Below, in pieces: positions 9,410-16,877 of a stretch of DNA of 64,000 nt. The translations under genes and the position numbers were made by a program. Below the pieces are notes generated by a model. It worked only from the letters and a program-made list of their open reading frames with translations, was not told the origin of the DNA and searched no databases. The first letter of the stretch is position 1. Each line of letters starts with the position of its first letter. The DNA is taken from assembly GCA_046583315.1 (NCBI GenBank), contig JAYGCN010000052.1, forward strand, positions 15,236 through 79,235, read 5' to 3'. Source of the stretch: Candidatus Hydrogenedentota bacterium. GTDB lineage: Bacteria > Hydrogenedentota > Hydrogenedentia > Hydrogenedentales > GCA-2746185.

Positions 9410-10726
9410 ATGATGGATATTGTAAAGATTCAGAGCGACGGGGACTATCAAGTTGTCGTGGACTCCATCTGTTCGCCGGAAGACACCTCCATCTCCGAAC
9501 AGATTCACGCCGAAAAAGCAGAGGCCACCAAGGCCATTGTGCAGGCGGTGCGTGAACGTGGGGATAAAGCGCTCGCTGAGTTCTGTGAAAGGTTTGATGG
9601 CGCTACGCTGACTCCTGATCAATTTGAAGTGACTCAAGATGAAATTGACGCCGCCTTCAACGAAGTAGATTCGGGTCTTATCGCGTCCCTGGAAAAAGCC
9701 CATGCGAATATCGAGTTTTATCACAAGAAAAATCTGCGTCAATCCTGGGAAGAAACCCTAGAAGATGGCTCCACCATCGGACAACGCGTTACGCCCATCG
9801 AAAAAGTGGGGGTTTATGTTCCGGGCGGCACGGCTTTTTATCCGTCATCCGTACTCATGAACATCGTGCCCGCAAAAGTCGCGGGTGTGAAAGAGATTAT
9901 CATGGTGTCGCCGCCATCGTATAACGGAACGATTCACCCGATCGTGTTGGCCGCCGCGAAGATTGCCGGAGCCGACCGCGTATTCAGAATCGGTGGTGCG
10001 CAAGCCATCGCCGCGTTGGCCTACGGAACAGAAACGATTCCTCAGGTGCTTAAAATCACGGGACCGGGTAACACCTTTGTGACCGTCGCGAAAAGTCTCG
10101 TGCGCAGCATTTGCGATATTGATACTGAGGCGGGGCCGTCGGAAGTTACGGTAATCGCCGATTCCAGCGCAAATCCCCGCTACATCGCCGGAGAAATGAT
10201 GGCGCAGGCCGAACACGACGTCGAAGCGGCGAGTGTTCTCATCACGACGGACCCATCACACGTCGAATCGGTCCCCGCGGCGATTAATAACGAACTGAAA
10301 ACGCTGAGTCGTTCGGAAATCATCACGACCTCGCTGACTAACAACGGTCGCATCATCGTCGCACGCGATTTGGATGAAGCGACGGCTCTTTCGAATCTGA
10401 TCGGCCCTGAACACCTCGCTATTTACACAGAAAATCCGCGGGCCGTGCTTAAAAATATCGCTGCCGCCGGATCCATCATGCTCGGCAACAACACGACCGT
10501 CGTCTGGGGCGATTACATCGCCGGACCCAACCACATTTTGCCCACGGGACGTCGTGCGCGCTTTGCATCGCCATTGACAGCCGAAGATTTTCGTAAGGTG
10601 TCCAGCGTAATCGAATTCTCCGACGAACGCGTACAAACACTCGGACAAGACGTAATCGACATCGCCACTGTTGAACAGCTGACAGCGCACGCGCGCGCGA
10701 TCGAAATGCGGCAGAAGAATTCATGA
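9410..10726 (+). CDS. hisD: Histidinol dehydrogenase
   Basis: Motifs VYVPGGTAFYPSSVLM, AQAEHD and GDYIAGPNHILPT. The internal ATG at 9410 avoids the 68-nt overlap with murA implied by the ORF-track start at 9302. Confidence 0.9.
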   Translation: MMDIVKIQSDGDYQVVVDSICSPEDTSISEQIHAEKAEATKAIVQAVRERGDKALAEFCERFDGATLTPDQFEVTQDEIDAAFNEVDSGLIASLEKAHANIEFYHKKNLRQSWEETLEDGSTIGQRVTPIEKVGVYVPGGTAFYPSSVLMNIVPAKVAGVKEIIMVSPPSYNGTIHPIVLAAAKIAGADRVFRIGGAQAIAALAYGTETIPQVLKITGPGNTFVTVAKSLVRSICDIDTEAGPSEVTVIADSSANPRYIAGEMMAQAEHDVEAASVLITTDPSHVESVPAAINNELKTLSRSEIITTSLTNNGRIIVARDLDEATALSNLIGPEHLAIYTENPRAVLKNIAAAGSIMLGNNTTVVWGDYIAGPNHILPTGRRARFASPLTAEDFRKVSSVIEFSDERVQTLGQDVIDIATVEQLTAHARAIEMRQKNS

Positions 10727-11778
10727 GATTCCAACGTGACATACTCAAAAATGTGGAAGGCTACGTACCGGGCGAGCAGTTGAATCGTTCCGACATCATC
10801 AAGCTGAACACGAATGAGAACCCGTATCCGCCGTCACCGAAAGCGGGGGAGGCGATTCGCGCGATCACGGATGATGAAATCCGAAAATATCCCGATCCGA
10901 TGTCGGTGGAGCTGCGCCGTGCCTGCGCGGAACAGTATGGATATGCCGACGAGTCCTGGACGATGGTTGGCAACGGCATGGACGAATTGCTCGCGATGAC
11001 CATCCGCACCTTCGTCGATCCCGACCAGAAGATCGCTTCCGTGGACCCGACCTATTCGCTTTACGAAATACTTGTTGGCCTGCACGGCTCCGAGTACGTA
11101 ACTTACGACCTCAACGAGGACTACACGCTGCCCGAGGCACTCTTTACCAGCGACGCGGCCCTGTGTTTCATTCCGCGACCCAATGCGCCGACCGGTGTGT
11201 CCGTATCCCGAGAAGAAATGGAGCGGCTCTGTCAGGAATTCAAGGGCATCGTGTACATCGACGAAGCCTACGCCGATTTCGCGGACGATTCCTGCATGGA
11301 TTTCCCCTCGCGATTCGATAACGTCATCGTCGGGCGCACCTTCTCGAAATCCTTCGCGTTATGCGGATGCCGCGTCGGACTCGCCGTCGCGAACCCCGCC
11401 ATTATCAACGAATTCTGCAAAACCAAAGACTCCTACAACATGAACGCCGTGTCCCAGGCCGCCGGTCTCGCCGCCATCCAGGACTACGCCTACATGGAAG
11501 CCCAGGCCGAAAAAATAAAGGCCACCCGCGCACGCCTCACCCAAGAACTCCGCAACCTCGGCTTCACCATGCCCGATTCACAAGCCAACTTCCTGCTCGC
11601 GCAGTGGTCCGGCACTCCCGACGCCAAAATCATCTTTGAAAACCTCCGCGAAAAAGGAATCCTCGTCCGCTACTTCGGTAACCTGCCAGGCATGGGGGAT
11701 AAGTTGCGGATTTCGGTTGGGACCGATGAGGAGACGGACGCGCTTTTGGAAGCATTGGCAAAGATGATGGGGGATTGA
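10723..11778 (+). CDS. hisC: Histidinol-phosphate aminotransferase
   Basis: Class-II aminotransferase pattern: LNTNENPYPPSP, IDEAYADF, and the PLP-lysine motif FSKSFALCGCRVG. ATGA overlap with hisD. Confidence 0.9.
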   Translation: MRFQRDILKNVEGYVPGEQLNRSDIIKLNTNENPYPPSPKAGEAIRAITDDEIRKYPDPMSVELRRACAEQYGYADESWTMVGNGMDELLAMTIRTFVDPDQKIASVDPTYSLYEILVGLHGSEYVTYDLNEDYTLPEALFTSDAALCFIPRPNAPTGVSVSREEMERLCQEFKGIVYIDEAYADFADDSCMDFPSRFDNVIVGRTFSKSFALCGCRVGLAVANPAIINEFCKTKDSYNMNAVSQAAGLAAIQDYAYMEAQAEKIKATRARLTQELRNLGFTMPDSQANFLLAQWSGTPDAKIIFENLREKGILVRYFGNLPGMGDKLRISVGTDEETDALLEALAKMMGD

Positions 11779-11781
11779 TTC

Positions 11782-12846
11782 ATGTTATTTGAAATCAACG
11801 AGAAGAATGGCTTGGAGCCGGTTACTGAGACGTGGAGTGTCCAGGAACTTCAACTTGAAGAATATGTTCTTGGCAGCCAGGAGGATGGTGTCCTTTCGCT
11901 TAATTACAGCGTGTTCAACGAGGAACTTCTATTCATTGACAACCAGACAAAGACCAAAAAGAATAAGCGCGCGGACATTCTGGCCATCGACAAACAGGGA
12001 AACGCAGTAATTATAGAATTAAAGAAAGATCGTGGTGCATTGGGTGTAGAGACTCAGGCGCTTCAATATCTTGCGGACTTTTCACGTTACAAAGGAGAGT
12101 CCTTTCTTAAGAAGTTTGCAAATAGACGGGTCTCAACGGATGATATTTTGGGTTTTCTGGGAGGTGATGTCCGGACCGAGGATATAAATCGAAACAGTCG
12201 AATTATTCTGGTGGCCAATCGATTCGACGGCACGCTCTTCTCGATGGGCGAATGGTTGTCATCCAAGGGAGTCGGGTTTCGCTGCATTTCTTTTCATCCT
12301 ATTCAGGCGGGGAAAAGTAAGTACATTAGTTTTTCAATGACATTTGACAAATCCCCTGAGTTTATCTATCCCTTGGAGTTTTCTTCAGCCACCCGCTCGC
12401 CAAAGATATTTTGGCACAATATTGGCGAGCCGCAGAAGCAATGGTGGTCGTATTTGAAAGAGCACGGTGAGCTTTCCGCAAGCTTTCAGAATCAGGAAGG
12501 AGATCAGGGCGAGGCGATATTGAAAAACTATATGGTAGGAGATCGCGTGATTGCTTTTGCACGAGGTGTTGGCGCGATTGGATGGGGCGTTATCAGTCGA
12601 GAACCGAATTCGAGTTATAAACTGTATATACCGGGCCAGGAACAAGATGTTTTAAGAGGGCGTCATCTTCATAGAATCAAGATTTCATGGAAAGACGTCG
12701 CGCCGACTCTGAGTGATGGTATGTCAGTGAAATTTGTACGTGACGAAATGGGTGTCCACCATCCACGAAGTACTTCTGTGGGAATTGAAAATGCGAAAGG
12801 GGAAGTACTCATCTCCAAGCTCAAGGAGCAGTTCGGCACGCGATAA
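11782..12846 (+). CDS. Hypothetical protein: N-terminal NucS/DUF91-type PD-(D/E)xK nuclease domain plus an uncharacterised, possibly PUA/EVE-like, C-terminal domain
   Basis: RADILAIDKQGNAVIIELKKDRGALGVETQALQYL gives the spacing D65-x13-E79-x-K81-x10-Q92-x3-Y96, as in NucS-type nuclease cores. The C-terminal part (MVGDRVIAFARGVGAIGWGVISRE) resembles small beta-barrel reader domains. GC drops to ~43%. Confidence 0.55.
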   Translation: MLFEINEKNGLEPVTETWSVQELQLEEYVLGSQEDGVLSLNYSVFNEELLFIDNQTKTKKNKRADILAIDKQGNAVIIELKKDRGALGVETQALQYLADFSRYKGESFLKKFANRRVSTDDILGFLGGDVRTEDINRNSRIILVANRFDGTLFSMGEWLSSKGVGFRCISFHPIQAGKSKYISFSMTFDKSPEFIYPLEFSSATRSPKIFWHNIGEPQKQWWSYLKEHGELSASFQNQEGDQGEAILKNYMVGDRVIAFARGVGAIGWGVISREPNSSYKLYIPGQEQDVLRGRHLHRIKISWKDVAPTLSDGMSVKFVRDEMGVHHPRSTSVGIENAKGEVLISKLKEQFGTR

Positions 12847-12927
12847 TTGGATGAATTCTGTATCGAATTGGCGTATCTCACTAGAATCTCGAAGAAATTA
12901 GTATGACTTGGGAAGAAAGGTTTCCAG

Positions 12928-14337
12928 TTACCCCCTGCCTCGCTCCAGCCGATCCACGATCACCGCGCCAGCGGCATCGCCCAACACGTTCGTGGAGGTG
13001 CGGAACATGTCTAGCAGACGGTCTACGGCGTAGATGATGACGATGTAGTGTACGGGTAGGCCGACGGCTGTGGCGACGATGGCCATGGTGATGAGTCCTG
13101 CGCTTGGGATGGCTGCGGCGCCGATGGACGCGAGCACAGCGGTGATGAAGATGACCATGGTTTTGCCGAAGGTGAGGGTGATGGGCACGTCGTCGAGTCC
13201 GCCGAAGAGTTGGATGAGGAAGATGATGGCGACCCCTTCGTAAAGGGCCGTGCCGTCCATGTTCACCGTGGCGCCGACGGGCAAGGTGAAGCGGGAGATT
13301 TTTTCCTGTACCTTCAAATTTTCAGTGGTGCAGTGGATCGTGACCGGGAGCGTGGCCGCAGAGGAGGCCGTGCTGAATGCGATGAGCCAGGCATCCTGGA
13401 TTCCCTTGACGAATTCGAGCGGCGATTTCTTGCCGATGACCGAGACGATGGTCAACAGGAATGCTACGTGCAAAGCAAGTCCGCCGATGACCGCGACACA
13501 GTACCACGCCAGCGACTGGAGTGCATCGACTCCCAGCGTGGCCACGAGCGAGAGCATAATGGCGAAGATGCTGATGGGCGCAAGCAGCATAATCCAGAGC
13601 GTGATTTTCATCATGATTTTGTTGAAGGCGTCGAAGAATACAACCACGGGCTTAGCCTGATCGCCGAGCATGACGCAGCAAACGCCCACCAACAGCGCGA
13701 AAAAGATCACGCCGAGCGCGTTGGGAGGATTCTTTGATAATGATGTAAAGGGATTGGTGAGTATGGGACGCAGAATTTCCTCGCGCATCATGTCGGCGGG
13801 TCCGCGATCCTCGTTGGCCTGAATGCGCGACCAGTTTGTGCTGAATCCTCCCGCGCCAAGGTCTTCGCCTTCTTTCGACGCGATGAATGCCCGGTACTGT
13901 CCCGCGTTATCTGCAGCGAGGGGATCGAGATCCATTTCGGATTCGAACTCTGCTCGGTACTCATTGAGCACCGCTTCGCGATTGTCGCGTACGGCCTGTG
14001 AAGAATCTTTTTTACCCGGTTGAATTGCCAGTACGGCAACAACACCGATCAACACCGCGACGGCAGTCGTCGTGCCGTAATACACCAAGGTTTTTACGCC
14101 GATACTGCCCAGCTCACCCGCGTTCGGCAAGGTCGCGATGCCTGAAATGATGGATGCGAAAATCAACGGCGCGATAATCATCTTGAGCGCGCCCACGAAG
14201 ATATCCTTGCCAATCAGGTCCGCGATCCAAATGACATTCACGAACCAGCCGGCGTCTTCGTCTCCGGTCGCGTGCATGATCAAGCCGATCACCACGCCCA
14301 AGACCATTGCTATCAGTATCTTCGTGTGCAGTTTCAT
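12928..14337 (-). CDS. Dicarboxylate/amino acid:cation symporter (DAACS/GltP family)
   Basis: 469-aa polytopic protein with family motifs LPVGATVNMDGTALYEG and AVDRLLDMFRTSTNVLGDAAGAVIV. Confidence 0.88.
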   Translation of the reverse strand: MKLHTKILIAMVLGVVIGLIMHATGDEDAGWFVNVIWIADLIGKDIFVGALKMIIAPLIFASIISGIATLPNAGELGSIGVKTLVYYGTTTAVAVLIGVVAVLAIQPGKKDSSQAVRDNREAVLNEYRAEFESEMDLDPLAADNAGQYRAFIASKEGEDLGAGGFSTNWSRIQANEDRGPADMMREEILRPILTNPFTSLSKNPPNALGVIFFALLVGVCCVMLGDQAKPVVVFFDAFNKIMMKITLWIMLLAPISIFAIMLSLVATLGVDALQSLAWYCVAVIGGLALHVAFLLTIVSVIGKKSPLEFVKGIQDAWLIAFSTASSAATLPVTIHCTTENLKVQEKISRFTLPVGATVNMDGTALYEGVAIIFLIQLFGGLDDVPITLTFGKTMVIFITAVLASIGAAAIPSAGLITMAIVATAVGLPVHYIVIIYAVDRLLDMFRTSTNVLGDAAGAVIVDRLERGRG

Positions 14338-14420
14338 GGGAGCTCCCGTTATATTGATTGGTTATAAATGTACTGGGAACCGCTCGGCGGATCAACTTCA
14401 GGCACAACTGCATGTATCAT

Positions 14421-14446
14421 GCAGAGTCGCAGAGCTCGCAGAGGAG
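14421..14446 (-). repeat. Intergenic tandem short-core repeat (three GCAGAG cores)
   Basis: GCAGAGTCGCAGAGCTCGCAGAGGAG has the core repeated at 8- and 9-nt spacing. It lies between the lpxK stop and the start of the symporter gene. Confidence 0.4.
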
Positions 14447-14460
14447 GGCATAACTGCATG

Positions 14461-14491
14461 TGTCCACCGATGACACAGATTCGAACGAATT
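14461..14491 (-). repeat. Intergenic short-core repeat ending in GGTGGA
   Basis: The reverse complement reads AATTCGTTCGAATCTGTGTCATCGGTGGACA, the same style as the GGTGAA-terminated elements at 43.6 and 48.6 kb. Confidence 0.4.
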
Positions 14492-14515
14492 ATTGAGGTA
14501 GTAGAGACTAACGAA

Positions 14516-15490
14516 TTAGTGATCGTGCAATTCTATTGTTAATGAGTACAAGTTTGGCGTAGGAACAGTCAACCGCACAGCGTCCTTCTCGGTGATGATG
14601 GTCGGGTCGTGGGTGAGGGCGCTCTCCGGGAGTGGAGCGTGGTCGGGGGCGGTGATGAGTTCGGTGACGTTCATGCCGAGGTTGGACAGTGTTTGGTGGA
14701 AGGCTTCCGGGTTTCCGATGGCGCAGGCCGCTACAACATCTTGTCCTTCGAAATGGTCGAGGGGTAATTTCTCTCCGGTCGCGAGATTGACGAGCGCAGT
14801 TGGGGCATGTTGGGTCCATTCGACGGGGCAGTCGGGGTGTATTTTCCGGATAGCGCCGCGAATGAGGTCGAGTTGATCCGATTGATCGCAGCGGGTGACG
14901 AGGATGCGTGTGGCACGGGTCATGGCGGCAACGGGTTCGCGAAGGAATCCGCGCGGGAGTAGGTGTCCATTGCCGAAGGGGTTGCAGGCGTCGATGAGCA
15001 GGATGTTTTCGTCGCGATGGAGCGGGAGGTATTGATATCCGTCATCCAGGATGAGCACATCGCATTGATATTCGTCGACAGCAATTTGCGCGGCATGTAC
15101 GCGGTTTTTTGATTTGAAGATGATGGCTTCGGGACAGTGGCGCAGGATTACCGCGGGTTCGTCGCCGAGTTTGGCGCAATGTTCCGCTGGTTCGATGTCA
15201 GCGGATACGACGAGTTTTTCTGTTGAGGCGGTGCCATACCCGCGTGTGAGGATGCCGACTTTTTTTCCCGCCGCGATGTGTTCTCTAGCATAACGGATGA
15301 CCGCTGGCGTTTTACCGGTGCCGCCGGCCGTGAGATTGCCGATGGAAATGACGTGGGCATCGACGCGTGTGACGGGTTTGAGGCTTCGCAGAAACATGCC
15401 GATGCGTGTGAGGGGTGTTGCGGCGAGGAGTAAGCCGGACAGTGGTATCGGAATGGCTTCGCCCGTGCGAATGGCATCAGCGATTTTCAT
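14516..15490 (-). CDS. lpxK: Tetraacyldisaccharide 4'-kinase
   Basis: LpxK P-loop ISIGNLTAGGTGKTP, with typical length and overall pattern. Confidence 0.88.
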   Translation of the reverse strand: MKIADAIRTGEAIPIPLSGLLLAATPLTRIGMFLRSLKPVTRVDAHVISIGNLTAGGTGKTPAVIRYAREHIAAGKKVGILTRGYGTASTEKLVVSADIEPAEHCAKLGDEPAVILRHCPEAIIFKSKNRVHAAQIAVDEYQCDVLILDDGYQYLPLHRDENILLIDACNPFGNGHLLPRGFLREPVAAMTRATRILVTRCDQSDQLDLIRGAIRKIHPDCPVEWTQHAPTALVNLATGEKLPLDHFEGQDVVAACAIGNPEAFHQTLSNLGMNVTELITAPDHAPLPESALTHDPTIITEKDAVRLTVPTPNLYSLTIELHDH

Positions 15491-15496
15491 GCCAGC

Positions 15497-16666
15497 TTAA
15501 CGGGGCGCAAATCGTTTGCCGCTGAACTGGCGGATTTGACCTTTGAGTTCGAGCATGGTGAGCGCGCTTAAGGCTTCTGCAACGGTCATGCGACAGGCTG
15601 CCGCGATTTCATCGACGAACGAACCATCGGGGGACAATACGGAGAGAATATCCTTCTCGGCATGCGAAACTGCTGCGGATTGTTGAGCAGGCGCGGGTGC
15701 CATCACTTTTTGTTGCGTGGCTGGAGTTTGGCGCGACCGTCCTTCTTCGATTTGGGAGGTTGGCATGAGAACAGGTTTCACGGCAAGGTCCGGCGGCAGA
15801 CTCAGCTCGGTCACGATGTCTTCGGCTGACTCAACGAGTTTCGCGCCCTCACGAATCAGCGTGTGCGGACCTTCGCTGTTGGGATTTCCAATTTCTCCGG
15901 GCACGGCAAACACTTCGCGTCCCTGTTCGGTGGCTGTGTGTGCCGTGATGAGCGCGCCGCTGCGTTTGGGTGCCTGCACGACGACCGTGCCGAGGGTCAT
16001 GCCACTGATGATGCGATTGCGAATGGGGAAATGCGTGCGGGAGGGCGGCGCGTCCATCGCAAACTGTGACAAGACGCATCCTTGACGCGTGATGGCGTCC
16101 ATGAGGTCCACGTTCTGTTTCGGGTAGACCAGGTTCACACCGCATCCGAGAACCGCGATGGTGCGACCACCCGCGTCGAGTGCGCCCCGGTGTGCTGCGG
16201 TGTCCACGCCATTGGCCATGCCGCTGACGACGGTGAGCCCTCGGTTGGCGAGTTCACGCCCCAGTTTTTCGGCCATGCGCAGTCCGTAAGGTGATGCCTT
16301 GCGTGTGCCGACGATGGCTACGGCATACTTGTCGCGTTCGTGAATCTCGCCGCGACAAAATAGTGCGAGTGGGGGATCGTATATTTCGCCCAGGGAAAGG
16401 GGATACTCTGGATCGTCCAGCGTGACCAGATTGACCTGATAATCTTTCATCAATTCAAGCTGACGACCCAGATCGACGACCTCGGCATATTGTGTGATGC
16501 GTTGCGCCAATTTTTCCCCGACGACCTCGTTGAGCGCAGGCACTGACGCATTCAAAATATCCGTCGGCGTTCGAAACCGTGCCAGCAAACGAATAAACTG
16601 CGTCGTCCCAATGCCGGGAATCAATGCCAGCGTCAGCCAGTCCCGTTTATTCTTCGATTCATCCAT
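15497..16666 (-). CDS. dprA: DNA-processing protein DprA (Smf)
   Basis: IPGIGTTQFIRLL (SAM-like N-domain), the Rossmann-like core GMANGVDTAAHRGAL...TIAVLGCGV, and a C-terminal winged-helix region. The internal ATG at 16666 (MDESKNK) is preferred over the ORF-track start at 16768. Confidence 0.88.
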   Translation of the reverse strand: MDESKNKRDWLTLALIPGIGTTQFIRLLARFRTPTDILNASVPALNEVVGEKLAQRITQYAEVVDLGRQLELMKDYQVNLVTLDDPEYPLSLGEIYDPPLALFCRGEIHERDKYAVAIVGTRKASPYGLRMAEKLGRELANRGLTVVSGMANGVDTAAHRGALDAGGRTIAVLGCGVNLVYPKQNVDLMDAITRQGCVLSQFAMDAPPSRTHFPIRNRIISGMTLGTVVVQAPKRSGALITAHTATEQGREVFAVPGEIGNPNSEGPHTLIREGAKLVESAEDIVTELSLPPDLAVKPVLMPTSQIEEGRSRQTPATQQKVMAPAPAQQSAAVSHAEKDILSVLSPDGSFVDEIAAACRMTVAEALSALTMLELKGQIRQFSGKRFAPR

Positions 16667-16877
16667 GAATGCACTATAACAAGTGGGGAGGCGTGATTCC
16701 AGATGCACTTCATTCGACGTAGGCATCGGTCGATTGGCAAACACGACCGACGGCGTCGAGCAATTCAAGAGTCACCAAAATCGTGTGAATTGTACGTAAT
16801 AAAAACCTGTTGTGTGGTTGATTGAACTTTGTTAGACTTCAGATCACGTTGTTAATTTTGGTTTACACGGAGTTCGG

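Noticed and set aside
12408-12425. TGGCAC-AATAT-TGGC, a sigma-54-like motif inside the NucS-like gene
   Set aside because: The -12 element is TGGC rather than TTGC. It lies mid-gene with no downstream ORF to serve, so it is probably a chance match.
14476-14492. tRNA T-arm-like string (reverse complement CGTTCGAATCTGTG)
   Set aside because: No acceptor, D or anticodon stems can be drawn around it, and it is part of a repeat element.
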